A stretch of DNA of 63,999 nucleotides, filler included, from Sphacelaria rigidula (taxonomy: Eukaryota), in the NCBI GenBank assembly GCA_964200075.2. It is 5 parts of 5 records of this genome, joined end to end, with 100 filler letters (N's around TTAATTAATTAA, not from the genome) between each part and the next. Parts side by side here need not be neighbours in the genome. Positions count along the whole stretch, not along the records: positions 1 to 12,748 come from CAXNAA020003448.1; 4 more parts are not named here. One strand, 5' to 3'. The notes under the pieces are model-generated. The model saw only the letters and a list, made by a program, of their open reading frames with translations. It ran no database searches and was not told the origin of the DNA. Numbering within the stretch: position 1 is the stretch's first letter; the number at the start of each line of letters is the position of its first letter. Shown one piece after another: positions 1 through 12,848 of this stretch. Made by a program: the position numbers and the translations under genes.

Positions 1-481
1 CCCTCTGTCCCCTGCCTGTCGTCTTCCCTCTTTTACCGCGCATCTCTGCCGACACGGGTCTGGCTCTTTTGGGGGGGGGGCTATCGTAGAAAGTGCCTGA
101 GGGTTTCAAGAACAACCGTAGAAAGCCGTACTGCGTATCCACCATTGTTTCAGGGAAACGTGGTGCATAGAATGTAGATGGAAGGACATCTCCCTCTCCT
201 GTACCAGTGCGCACCTCGACAAAGGTAGTAATCCCATCTCCGACTCATCATGGTCGATGTTGTTTGATTGCTTGCTCGCTTGCTTGACTGGTTGTCGCAC
301 ATTCACTGAGTAAGAGGGATCCAGGCGTGGTCACACGACAGGCGTGCATACCCAAGGTAAACAAAGCGAAAACACTCCTGAATGAACCTCGAGCAAGGCA
401 ACCACAAGACGAAAAAAAACGGAAGGAGGGAAGAAACAACGAACGGAGTGAACTGAACAAACGCGAAAAATTGTCCATATA

Positions 482-1075
482 CTTCCTCTGTCCTATAAGT
501 CTGTGCAGTTATGTTTGTATGAACCCTTAACGATTTCCGATTTGATTTTTGAATTTTTAGTTGCATTCGTTGGCGTTTTTTGAGCTTAAAACAATACTCT
601 GTCTGCAACGTGGGCGCTTAAGCCGTGCATCCTCGCGACCGCAAAAAAGTGGGTCGGTCAAAATACGGCCATTTTTCGCTCTTTTCCCAGTCGAGCATAG
701 CAGACACGAGAATCGCGAGAAATCGTGAAAACAGTCTGAAAACCGCGAAACCACCCCTGACTTGGATATCTCCGTGGCGTTAACTTACGCACACCCCATC
801 TAACAAATTTTCAGCATGTAATCGCTAGGGCTCGGCGTAAAAACGTCCAAAATCGGTCAACATTGGGGTATAAGTGGACCAAAAATGGCCAAAATGTGTG
901 TTTGTGTGTGTGTGTTTTTACCGAATTTTAGTATTGAAAACGAGTTTTTTTTTTTTTAATCAGCTTCGTCTGTGCGTTTTCCCTCTAACGAACCCAACTG
1001 TAGGATAATCGCCAGCCTTGAAATACCCAAACGATCAAACGTCCATAACTGCACATACTTATGACACAGAGGAAG
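482..1075. mobile_element. Tc1/mariner-type (Stowaway-like) MITE, family A
   Basis: TIR CTTCCTCTGTCCTATAAGTCTGTGCAGTTATG with its inverted copy ending ...ACAGAGGAAG; TA on both flanks. A second copy lies at 39188-39771. Confidence 0.85.
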
Positions 1076-1127
1076 TATACATAAATATATAAATACAATA
1101 TATGTATATATTTTGCCGTAACAAAAG

Positions 1128-1267
1128 GTTGAGGTGGAGCACACGGTGGATATGCTGTTACTCCTGTTGCCGCCTGCCGGAGGAGACGACCTGCAAGGAT
1201 CCAAGAAGGGAATCGTGGAAGTGGCGGATGCAATTGTGGTCAACAAATCCGATGGGCAACTTGAAAA
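1128..1267 (+). CDS. MMAA: Internal exon of MMAA/MeaB (ArgK-family) GTPase, the methylmalonyl-CoA mutase chaperone
   Basis: AG/GT-bounded exon translates [46 protein letters not shown]. This matches the MMAA/MeaB signature [16 protein letters not shown] and the NKxD G4 motif. It is not in the supplied ORF track. Confidence 0.9.
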
Positions 1268-1492
1268 GTGAGGGCGCGCACGCATGGACCTAGACTACTA
1301 CCCGAGAAGACCCTGCAAATCCGCCATGTGTTCAAATAGATGATACGGAAAATTCCGGGAAAAAATCAGCTTCCGAGTGTCGTGCTTCGGCCTCTTGCTT
1401 AGTCCTCTCGACCGTTCCCGGCTTTCAAGGTTTTGAATCTAAAGTACCGTACAGGTAGAATATTATAAACAATAGTATAAACGGCCACATGA

Positions 1493-1494
1493 TT

Positions 1495-1553
<59 letters not shown>

Positions 1554-1575
1554 TGTTGCTGTTGTTGTTGTTGCT
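1493..1575. repeat. (GTC/GTT)n trinucleotide microsatellite
   Basis: Run of gtcgttgtcgtt...gtcgtcgtc...gttgttgtt. Confidence 0.9.
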
Positions 1576-1759
1576 GTCTTCACATTAAAAGTTGTTCCGA
1601 TATTTGCGCAGCACCTCCATTTCCGTAAAGGGCATCGATGCAGACGCCTTCTGTAGTGACAGCCTAACGATCCAAAATAAGGTGTGAGGAAATCGAAGTC
1701 AAAATAAAACAGGATCCAGGAATATTAACACAGACGTAACACGAACGAAAAGAAACACC

Positions 1760-2016
1760 GCTAACCTCATGAGATCCGGTGCCGTAGATGACCATTCGGA
1801 GTACTGCACGCAGAGGCCAACGTTCCCATTCGACACGCGCAGCCAAACAGAAATATAGCCAAACCCAGGAATCAAAATCACCGACCGCAAGAGTTATTCC
1901 AACAAACAATCGCATGGTTCTCTCCTTATGCGCCTACTACGTCGGGGTGTATCAGCCCCCGGGGGTTACGTCGGCTATGTCCTTTCCCCACCCATATTTA
2001 CACACTCCTGGGGGGT
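1760..2016 (-). repeat. Dispersed repeat, diverged copy of 48370-48615
   Basis: Reverse complement aligns with 48370-48615 (e.g. gcgtgtcga.tggga.cgttgg and ggcaccgga). Class unknown. Confidence 0.6.
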
Positions 2017-2199
2017 AAAACAATTAACAAACTACACATGTTACCTTTAACCTCAGTTACAAGGACGAAGTCACGGTACACCATGCACTTATGATGCTGG
2101 AATATTCCATGTTGCGTTGATCATCGGCCAGGTACACCTCATCGTACGCAGAAATTTGAGGAACAGCCATACGTATAAAGGAATATACTGGACACAACT

Positions 2200-5100
2200 A
2201 GAAAAACACTAAATGACCACGCAACACATCGGGGGAAGGGTATAGTGGAAGGAAGGAATTAGTAAGAAAAATAAATGCATGGGGAATGTTGAAAATTTCT
2301 GCTACCTCCACCATGTTCAGTCCTGTACATGTCTGACCACACGTTCTGCCACCTCCCTCCTGCTCTCCTCGGCCGCATTGGTGTCCTCTTTGAAACTTTC
2401 TTCGTGTATTCCCCTGTCCATCAACCCTCCTCCTCTGAGCCGTCGTCACTGTTGTGTTGGTTTCCTCATGTCCGATCAAGCCGCACGTATTTGGCTGTCC
2501 TCCACTCCGCCCTTGTGCCATGAGGTTGTAAACCTCTCTGCTTCCCGCAGCAGCCCCCGCATACCACGGTATCCTCCCCTCCTTCTTCGCTGCTGAGGGC
2601 CAGAGGACGCTGTCAACTCCAAACGACTGTCAGTTGTCGTCGTCCGTAGAGCCGTCTGTGGCTTCGAAAGGTTGGAGATCGCCCCTCAGGCACTTCGGAC
2701 AGTTTTGCTCCGAGTACCTTCGTCCTGGATCCTTCCCCCCCACGAGTGTTCCGAAAACCAGTCGCTTCGGTAGTTGCTCATCCGGTTGTCCAGCCAGGGC
2801 TCCCGCATACAGCAGTCGCCGTTGCCGGACGATGGCCTCGGCACTTTGGCATCCGGTCTTCCTGAGGGCTTGGGTGTACGAAAGCTGTCGGTATGTACCA
2901 CGTACGCAGTGTGTGTTGTGTTGTAATCCCATCTATCCTGGACGCCAGTCTACACCTTTCTGCATATGTGGGCGCATCAGCCGGGGTCACACAGAAGGAG
3001 TAGTTGTGCCCGAGAAATTGCAGGAGGAGCTGGTGGCGTATCCTTCTCAGCAAGTCGTAGTGCTCGCGGCGCGGGGCCTACGTCATGCATCCGTGCAATA
3101 GGATCTCTATCGCCTCCGCTTTCAGCAGTCGGACCTTGCGTCTCCACGGTGCTTTCGGCCGGTTGAAGAGCCCCCGGGAAAACTTCCTGATGCACGCCCA
3201 AGCTGCTCTGCTCCGGTCGTGGATCTCTTGTGTGGGCTCGCCGTGTTCGTTGACAAGCCCGCGCAAGCATCGGCACGGTGGTGTTGGTGGCTCCCGCTCA
3301 TCTGGTCGTTTCTCCGGTACTCGCACCAAGAGAGTCCTCGCCCTCTCCGACACCATCCCCAATTCTCCAACACATTCATGATAGCCATCATCATCTTCAC
3401 CAGGCCGTCGGGGGATCTCGAAACGACTCCGGCGTCCTCGGCATATAGCGTTCCCCCCACCGGTCTTCGTACGTATTACAGAGCTGTCTCTGCTACCCCC
3501 CCCGTCTCCTCGTCGAGATATACCACGTCCTTGAGGATGTGGTTGTTCTCGTTGAATCGCAAGAGAACGAGATCGAGCACCGCTGCGAAGAAAATATTGA
3601 ACAACAACGGAAACAGCACACACCCTTACCTCAGTCCCTGTGTGACCTCGAACCACTCCAGGAGCTTCCCGTCGTCCATCCGTCCGCGGGCCTGCACGCC
3701 GTCGTGGAATTGGCGAATAACTGCTACCATTTGATCCGAAATACCAGCTCGGGCCGGTACTTGCCACAGAAGCTCTCGGCCGACCGAGTCATGAGCCCTC
3801 TGGAGGTCGATGAAGCACATGTACAGCGGTATTCTCCGCCGCCGCTCCAGCTCCTGGAGTCAGCGCACTAACAAAAAATCGACGGTGGATCGATCAGGAC
3901 GGAAAACGCACTGTTCCTCCGGTAGTATCTTGTGGGCGCCGCAGTAGTCGCTGGGGCCGCTCTTCCCCACTATCTTCAGGAGCACTTTTCCTGCGTGCAA
4001 GACCAGTGAGATCTCTAGTTGTTGCAGTCGGAACGGCCGCATTTCTGTTACAGCACTTTCATGGTTGTGTCTTTCCACCCCTGCGGGACCTCTCCTCCGT
4101 TCCACACCTCAACGAGGATGGCATGGAAGCGTTGGAGAACGATGGGCTCGGCGCGGCCGTCGATCCTGAGTAGCTCTACAGAAAGGGAGTCGTCTCCCGG
4201 CGTTTTCCAGCTGTGCTTCCCCCGGATCGCTCGTCTGGTCCTTTTCAGCGCTGGTGCTGACCCCGACTGGTACCGAATCTCCGGATCTCCGGTGGGTGAT
4301 GCTGCCGGTCGCTACTTGATCTCCTTGATGATGGCTGGGTTTAGCGTGGGCGATTTGGCGTTGAGTAGGGTGCCGAAGAACCTCGCCCACCGTTTTAGGA
4401 TCTCGATTGCGTTCCTCAGGAGAGCGCCGTTCTCGTCCTTGATGAACTGCCACCCCCACGATTGCCTCCCGCCAAGATTCACCGATCTGTCGAGGTGTCT
4501 GTACAGGCCTCTCATGTCATGATCCTTATAGATCGCTTCTTCTAGCCTTGCCACATACCTCCCCAGATGTGCATGGCCGCCGGCGTCTGTTGCTGTACAT
4601 ACTCCCTCACACGCGGCTCTGAGTGCCTTCTACGTCGCTGGGGCCCGGTTGTCCTTCATCAGTCGGCGTGCCTCCCGTCGTTTGGCAAACGCTGCCTCTA
4701 CTTTTGATCTCGTGTCGGAGCTTTTCACACCATTCCGGCATACGTGATATCCGTGTCTCTTCCGGGCGTACATCTGCGCTGCTTTGGGGGTAGCTTAGAT
4801 AAACGCCCTTGCGGCCGCCAGTGCGGGGGTGGTTAGCTGGCATATTCGCTCGCCGAGGTTGTGTAGAACCTCTCGATCACGTGCCGCCGTACCAGTTCGA
4901 CCAGCAGCTGCTGTCTGCTGAATTGCCGCTGCTTCGATGTGGTTCGTATGGTACGGCTGTGGACGAAGCGGCCACCGAGGTCGACAGTGGCGACCACCAT
5001 GTTGTGGTCTGGATCAGCTTTGGCCGGAAGTGTGGGTTGGGGGTGTACGACTACGTTGCGCACCCTACCTCGACGTGTCGTCCGTGTGAATATGTAGTCT

Positions 5101-6100
5101 ATGGGCTTGAAGTCACTCGCGCGGTTCCCTGTGACACCGTTGTATGTGTGCGAAACTCCGCCTTTGCGCGTGCTATATGAGGTGTCCGTGACGGCTAGCT
5201 TGTTGTCGGTTGCGAAAGTCAGCAGTGGTTTGCCGTTATCGTTCAAGTCATCACATCCATAGGCGCCTAGGACCCCTTGGTCCTGTATTATCTCTCCCAA
5301 TTTTCTCCCTGTCCGCGCGTTGGCGTCCATCAACACATACACACATTCCTTCGACGGGATACGCTGTACAAGATCGCCAAGCCCATCCCAGAAAGCTTGT
5401 TTTGTTTGATCCTTGGCGACTTCAGTTGATGCGTACGTAGCTACGAAATTGATATCTCCGCTTCGTCCCGATATCTCAAACCGCGTTGCCAAGAGGCGCC
5501 CGCCACCGGACTCTGTGGTACAGGTGTAGTTATTGCGAATCGACTCTTTGACGGCTAGTCTCACACCGTGTTGCCTGCCTGATTCGCTCTCACAGCAGAA
5601 GACTTCGAACCTCACTGCTTTATAGTCTGTTCGTCCTGCCTTCATTGTCTCTTGCAGTCCTACCTCCAAAACGCCCAGTCTCGCAGCCTCGTACAAAACG
5701 CTGTAGTCTCGCCAGCAGTAGTGTGCTTCTTTCAAAGCGAGAGTTTTGGCGTTGTAAGTGGCTACCTCAACAAGTTGACTACGCTGCCTCGCCCAGGCAA
5801 CTCGCGCTGCTTTCCTAACCAGCCTACGTTTAACCCGGCCCCTCCTCCTCTTCTTCCTGCTCCCTTTCATGTTTTTTGTATCGCGCTGTGCACTTTTCGG
5901 CTGTGTGTGTTGACCCGCTCATTGTCTTTCATCACAAGCAGGTGCAACTTTCTGCTCTGTTCGACTCTACTCCTTCCTCGTTCCTAGTGTGCATAACCAT
6001 GCCATGTGCAGCCCCTCCATTCCTGTCTAGGCTGTCCCCACTGCGGTCGCTGCTGCTGCATCGCCCCGGGGTCCAGGCCGGGTCTTGAGGATATAAGCTC
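2200..6100 (-). mobile_element. Decayed non-LTR retrotransposon (LINE, RTE-like) with APE endonuclease and reverse transcriptase
   Basis: ORF 4833-5870 carries APE motifs (ATYN, GLQET, LMDANARTG, IDYIF, DHNMV). Frameshifted RT fragments include FIDLQRAHDSV, VTQGLR, LYAEDAGVV and the C-terminal RQRRLLYAG...LPKRLVFG. Many stops and frameshifts; ends approximate. Confidence 0.9.
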
Positions 6101-6311
6101 ATGCTTCCTTAAAATTGTTCTGAAACGAAGCCTACACCAATCTCGCGATCGCGGTGTCTATATTCTCCCAGATCAGGCTCCCCGTCGATACGAGGCGTGG
6201 GCTCGTGTTTCCGCCGTCGTTGGATGCTCATTGTGTCGAAGAGCGGACTTCTGCTCACCTCAGTAGGGGCAATCAGGAGGTGGTATCCAAAGTCTTATTC
6301 GATACGAGCTA

Positions 6312-7510
6312 TGAGCTGGACCAGCCTAGACACGGATTTAAGCTCTCAAAGCAATATCTCGTCGACACGGACGAGTTGGGCCATGACCCACATATGGTAT
6401 TAATCGACTAACCAGGGGGAAGGTGCCCATCTGCTCAAAATTTTGGGCCCACATTTTCTCGTTGATTAAACCCCACGTCTAGTGATTCCTATACCGTACG
6501 GAGATAGCGTTCATACTAAAACCTCTATGAAACCACCGATCGATGCATTCAGCGGATGACGACGATTTTTGGTGTGGACATTCCCTGGAACACGTGGAGA
6601 CGATATATACCCTCACCTTCACCTGATTCGTAATCTATCTCGAAATATGGCGCACATACGTTTCCATACTTGAATCAGTTACGAGCAGGTGCACTAGATG
6701 AACTAAACCTGGATATCGCGTCTCAGTTTGTGAGAGTTATGCGATGAAATTTCGTATGGAGAACCGCTAGTGCATTATAAAGCTTATAAGCGCAGCTTTT
6801 TCAATCTTTTCTTTTTTCCTTTTTCCCTTTTTTTGGGGGTTCTTGGGGCAGTTTTGACGACAAATGAATACTGCTTTTGGGCCTTACCTCAATTTTTCAG
6901 CTCATTTTTTTGAATTTTGATTTGAAACTCAGGATAAAGAACCACGGAGATATGCTGGATAAGAAAAAGGGCTCTCATTTTTTTCGGGAGAGGTTCGGGC
7001 GTTATCGTAAAATAATGGCGGTTTTCATACTAAAACGCCCTAAACCAGTAAAAAATGGGAAAAAAAATCAACCTGATCCACTTTACCTCGTCAATTATGC
7101 CCTAGCCATGCCCCACACAAAGTTTCAATACACAAACACCAAACGTGGGCCAGTAAGTGGCCTGCAAAATACTGTTCCGAATTTCTTCTGACTCCGTCAC
7201 TAAACGGCCCATTGTACGGCCAATATTTAGACTTGAATCCTAAAATTTTGTGTGGACAATAAATAGGGCATAATAAGAACAATCACCAGTGCGCACAAGG
7301 TTTTTTTTGTCATGAGTTAAGGGCAAAAATCAGTTTTCAGGTATCAGTAAAATGCCCAAAACACATGAAAAAAAAAAACTTGTGTGCACTAGCATTTGTC
7401 TTTATTATGTCCTATTCATTGTCTACACCAAATTTCAGGGTCCAACCCTAAATATTGGCCGTACAATGGGTCTGCAAACTACAAATTCGCTTCTCGGCTG
7501 ACCCAGCTCG
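6312..7510. mobile_element. Tc1/mariner-like non-autonomous element, family B
   Basis: TIR (C/T)GAGCTGG(G/A)CCAGCC...GGCTG(G/A)CCCAGCTCG with TA flanks. Internal sequence is shared with 30291-32627 and 18085-18283. Confidence 0.75.
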
Positions 7511-10500
7511 TACACTGAATCTCATGACCACTGAACCTCCTATTCCCAAAGCTTGGGGTACATGTCGATATGAGGCTCGGGCTCGTATCTCCTATCTCTC
7601 TGCTCCGCCGTCGTTGGTTGGGCCGTCTTCGTATGGCCTAAGATCACTGGCGGTCCTTGGCCCACCCCAGCAGGGGGCAGGTCAGAGTAAGGAGAAAACA
7701 TAGGAGCATCAGGTATAGTAATAACCTGACCAGTTTGGCGTAAATATAATAGGTGCCTGTACTCGAACAACATATTACTCGCTGACCCTGGGTGTGTAGT
7801 CCTTGGCTGGCTTATGTTGGTATATACATTGCGGGGTTTTTGCCTTATTTTCTCTAGCAAGTGTTTGGTTCGGTGGAAAAAAGCAAAGTGCTGTTTTGCG
7901 AAGGGCCCCACAAGAGAAAGGCAGCGGGATCGTTTTGCTTTATTTTCATTCTAGAAAAGCGAATTTTCCACAGAAAAAAAACGGCACAATCTTGTCATCC
8001 ATCACTTATTCCCGTTTTTTTTTTCATTTTCATTTTCTTTTTTTTTCCCCCTTTTTTTCTTTTTTTTCCCCCCTTTTTTCTTTCTTCTTCTCTTTATTCT
8101 TTATTATTTTGATGTTTTGAATTTCCTCATGCCGGCTAGTTTGCCGACCTTCGCCGACTCGTCGACCAAGGTCGTTTCAACAACTGTGGGACAGACACAC
8201 TATCGGGCACACGACCACCGCATCCCGGTGGTCTAATGGTGCAAGTTGCGCAATGAGATCTGAACGATTCGGGTTTGATTTCCGTCGCTGAAAACGCGAA
8301 AAACATGAGTGACAAAAAGAAGTTATTTTGACCAGAGGCCTCGACGCGGTGGGGGGGTGCTAGTCCAGTGCGCGACATCAAATTGCGAGACGTGTACCGG
8401 GGGAGATATGGGTTGATGCCTCAAGACCATGGACTCTTCCCGTGAAAGGGTAGAGGGTTCAAAGTGAGACGCAGACAAAGAATTAAACAAAATGATAGAA
8501 AGAAGGGAGTCTATGGAGTGTCGTTGTGTTCGAACAGGTTGTATCGTCTACACAGCGCTTGGCTCGTGTTCGCAATTTTTGCAAGCCTGTGATGCATTTT
8601 TTGTAGTTTTTCTTTGTTCTGAGCATCATTGGTTTGGCCATTTGCTGTCTCAAATACGTGACTGAGTTTTGCGGATTAGTTTCGTAGTGCTCGTGTAGCC
8701 CTGTGTTTCAACCGCGATGCTTTGATTGATTTTTTAATTTTGATATCGGCTGTTCTCACATCGACTTATCCAGGAGAAAATCCAGCCGCGTGATCACACG
8801 ACAGACGTGCAGTACCCGCAGTACCCGAGGTGAACGAAACGGAAACGCTCGCTCAAGGAAACTCGTGGAGGGGGATATATATATGTAAAAGAAAGAAGAA
8901 ACGGAAGAAAAAAAGAAAAAAAGAAAACAGAAATAATATGCGAGAAACATAATAAACTGAACAAGAAGAGATACATGCAGCCAAGGCAATGATCCTTGCA
9001 AAATATTTTTTGTATTTTGATGTTTGATGATCATCGTGTACTCTGTTCGGATTAGGGCAGGATGTATTGCTCGGGGCAGTTTTCCTGTATGCACAAGCGT
9101 AGAGCGGAGTCGAGGTTGGGACGTATCGAATCTGAAGAAGCTGATGTACTGTGCCGCCCTCCGTTGGATTTGGAAAGGATGTTCGAGCGACTTGTAGTGA
9201 GTGTATGTATCTACGTTCGTATCAGTCTCCGACACGGGGGTATACTCATGATTCTGCATGCCGCAGTCATCAGACGATTGACCTCGCATCCCTGCAAAGC
9301 CGATACGAAGCACGCCGGCTTTTCGCCGGACCAGGCTTTGGCCAGACAATCTCCGACACAGGGGAGGGGGGGGAGGATCAGCGTAGTAAAAGCATACTGG
9401 TTTTGAAAATACACACGAAGGTGAACACATGAAGGAGACGACATAAACACAAATGTAGAGTGAAGAACACAACACGTACGAAAAATCACATCCACGAAAA
9501 AGCAGCACACCAGGATCATACTCTTCAGACAAGCAAGTCTAAATTGTGTTGACTGGATGCAACGCACGCGTCGGGTCTCTTGTGGTGCGCGGGTTATTTT
9601 TGGTCACGTCACGGAGTATGCGCACAAGCATAAGATATTTCTTGACTTTTCGTGCTATTGACACCCCCACCTCCCTCACCCTGGTCCGGCAAAACCCCGG
9701 CGTGCTCCGTCCCGGCTTTGCAGGGATTTGAGGTCAATGGTCTCATGACTATGGCATGCATGATCATGAGTACACCCCCCCCCCCCTCCCCCTCCCCCTC
9801 TACCTCTGGAAGTGGCGATACCAGAAAATGAAGCAACGCATTGAGGACTGCCATCCAAATGTAAGATATTCAGTACGCTGCCGGCCGAGCAATTTTCGCA
9901 GGATGCAGCTCACTTCTCATGCGAGTCGCCAAACACACCACGGCGCCTCGCGCTTGGCGATTGATTGCGAGCCTGGCCCGACGTAAACCCGGCGTGCTCC
10001 GTCCCGGTTTTGTAGGGGTGCGAGGTCAATGGTCATATGACTATGGCATGCAAGATCATGAGCATCCCTCACCTCTGAACGATTCCGTAGTCTCAAGGGG
10101 TCAACCCATCTCTCCCTCGTCACCTGCCTGAAACTTTCTCATCTAGTTTTGATTACCTCTCGTTCAACCCATCCACTTGTGATAAAAAAAAACGTACTTC
10201 TCTCTCACAATTTGAACTGTGGTTCTGCTCTGGGCGGATGATGGGATGCATGGATGTTTGTTCCTGAATGGAGTCGATGCTATTTGTTCTTCACTCAGAA
10301 CAGCGTTCCCCGAAGAATCGACTTTGTTTGGGCCGTAAAACAGTCATAATCCAAGCCTCGGCTGACACACCGTAGCGCTTGTGCGGTCGGTAGAGAGTGT
10401 GGGATTTGTGGAGATAGTGACGTGGGCAGGAAATCGCTGTCCCCCCGACACTTGTTCTCCCGCAAGATCCAGCCTGATTCCAAAGAGTAGAGTAGTCGAA

Positions 10501-11306
10501 ATATTTGCAAACAACCACCCACCGTTGTTTCTGCGGCGCGGCCGCAAAACAGCGCTACCGGAAGAGAAGGGTGGCCACCGCTGTCTATCTTTGACTTTGA
10601 CGATGTCAAGGCTGCCGCCGCGCCCTTGTGTTCAAGTGGTACAGCTTAAACCATCAGGGTGAAATTGAATGGGTAACGAGTCTCAGGCAGATGCATTTGG
10701 ATATTGTCTTTAAACGTACCTGATTTCAGTCCTTGAAAGCGGAGGACGTGAGTAACAAAACAAGTTCATTTTGACGAGAGTCGGCGCAGTGCGGGAGTGC
10801 TGATCCTATCCGCGATACCACACCTCAAAACGTTTACACCACGGGGCGGCGGGGGGGTACTCATGATTTCGCATGCCGTAGTCACATGGCCGTTGATCTC
10901 GCATCCCTACAAAGCCGGGACGGAGCACGCCGGGGTTTCGTCGGACCAGGCTCGCAATCAATCGTCAAGCGCGAAGCGCCGTGGTGTGTTCGGCGAGTCG
11001 CATGAAGGGTGAGCTGCATCCCGTTAAAATTGATTGGTGCGAAGCTTACTGATGATCTTGCATTTGGATGGTGGCCTGCAATGAGCTGCTTCATTTTCTG
11101 GTAACACAACTTCGAGAGACAGCCACGGCCTATTCACTGCCTTATGGTTGTCTCACAATTCAAACACCACGTAGTATGATCTAGCTCGACCACCATCATG
11201 GTAACCGCAAAAAATGCATGCGCGGAAAAAACTCGGTAACCTGGTTGCCTGGCTTACGCAGTGAGTGGCGTGTTCTACATCATTGCCAACCGACGCGAAC
11301 CACGTA

Positions 11307-11428
11307 GGGGGTCCGCCCCTACAAACCCGGGACGGAGCACGCCGGTCTTTCGCCGGACCAGGCTAATCGGCGTGCTCCGCCCTGGCTAATCGGCGTGCTC
11401 CGCCCTGGATTTGTAGGGACGGACCCCC
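11307..11428. mobile_element. 122-bp mini-MITE
   Basis: TA|GGGGGTCCGCCCCTACAAACCCGGGACGGAGCACGCCG...CGGCGTGCTCCGCCCTGGATTTGTAGGGACGGACCCCC|TA. Confidence 0.75.
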
Positions 11429-12140
11429 TATGGGTTTGATGTCGCTCTACAATGATGTAGAGCACGCCACGCACTGCGCAAGCTAGGCAACCAGGTTGCC
11501 GAGTTACTTCCGCGGGGGGGGGGGGGGGGGGGGGGGGGATTTTTGGCCACCAGGAATCCGCCCGGGGGGGGGGGGGGGGTAAAAAAAAAGGCAGAAAAAA
11601 AAAAAATGCAAAAAAANNNNNNNNNNGGCGGAGGGGGGCGGGGTGGGCGTGGGTGTGGGAGCAGGGGTGCCTCAGACGGGAGACCAGTGGCGTCGCGTAT
11701 GGGTTGATTTCTTGACACCACGAACTCGCCCCGAGGAAGGGGAGGGATAAAAAAGAATGCCAGAAAAACAAAAACTGCGAAAATCGTCACTTGGAGCGGA
11801 TGCCTTTTCTTCGTCATCTCATCTCAAGGTAGGATGAGGGTGGGGGTGAGGTTGAAACAGTTTTGTTGACCAAACCGGGCCACACTGAGACGTAACTTGG
11901 GGAAGTGAAAACAGCACGGAGTAGTACTTGGGAACGACCTCGATGTCGATATTCAGCTACACGTTTACAGAATGACGACGCTTTACCCTCACGAAAGTAC
12001 ACGTCAAGGGGTGCGACGTGGTACACTAAACCACCTGAAGTCTCCTGTGTCAGGCAATCATTTGCACCCCTTCCACCCCCTACCATGCGGGCGCGGGCTA
12101 TTCTTTTGTTTCGTGTATACGTGTATTTCGTGAAACGAAG

Positions 12141-12273
12141 GGCCGCGCGAGCTACGGCATCAGACTACGCTGCAGCGCTTGGGTTCGCGAGGCGGAAACT
12201 TAGCTGCTGGGACCCGCCGGTATTGCGGTGTTCAGCGCTGCGTCGAGAAGGAATCGGCCCGGTTTGGGAGCAG
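12141..12273 (+). CDS. MMAA: Next exon of MMAA/MeaB GTPase
   Basis: AG/GT-bounded exon (K)AARATASDYAAALGFARRKLSCWDPPVLRCSALRREGIGPVWEQ, containing the WxPPVLxCSA G5 region. The phase-2 junction AA|G joins it in frame to the 1128-1267 exon. Confidence 0.88.
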
Positions 12274-12748
12274 GTTCGTTTGGCGTCATCATATGTGTAT
12301 GTTGTTAGGAGGGATGTCTTGCGGTGCTGAAAGTATTCACAGTTGTGTTCGTGGCTTCCCAAATACACAATTCAGACCCCGTGAGTGGGTGGATGAGACG
12401 CTCAACGTCTCTTTAGTTTCTTTTACGTACGTTCACGAGGCCTACGGTGGGTACCGTTAGTAGTAAAGCTGGGCGATGTCGACGATATCTTTCCTGATGT
12501 ATTGACTCTTCCGATAAATTTGCAGCGGAACATGACGGCGCTCGATGACTTCGTTCGACAGAAAAATCACAAGAAGAAAAAGAAAAGATGTCCGGACGGT
12601 AAACGTTTAGTTCGTCGCCATTTTACTGTCTGGGAGGGGGGGGGGGGTGTACTCATGATCATGCATGCCATAGTCATAAGGAGGGGTGTACTCATGATCT
12701 TGCGTGCCATAGTCATAAGACCATTGACCTCGCATCCCTACAAAGCCG

Positions 12749-12848
12749 NNNNNNNNNNNNNNNNNNNNNNNNNNNNNNNNNNNNNNNNNNNNTTAATTAA
12801 TTAANNNNNNNNNNNNNNNNNNNNNNNNNNNNNNNNNNNNNNNNNNNN
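12749..12848. other. Artificial scaffold spacer
   Basis: N44-TTAATTAATTAA-N44 (stop codons in all six frames). Confidence 0.97.

Larger units (their letters stand above)
9236..12748. repeat. Local cluster of one repeat family (GGGGGGTGTACTCATGAT...CCCTACAAAGCCGGGACGGAGCACGCCGG) in both orientations
   Basis: Copies at about 9236-9336(+), 9680-9785(-), 9820-10070(-), 10852-11105(+) and 12645-12748(+). Confidence 0.75.

Noticed and set aside
7520..7700. Possible HDV-like ribozyme at the LINE 5' end
   Set aside because: I could not build the nested double pseudoknot by eye; an Infernal/RNArobo search would be needed.
8756..9532. 258-aa minus-strand ORF
   Set aside because: Runs through low-complexity T-rich sequence and a repeat copy; not protein-like.
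12793..12804. TTAATTAATTAA repeated at regular ~12.85-kb intervals, suggesting a periodic element
   Set aside because: It is always embedded in N44 flanks, so it is an assembly linker.
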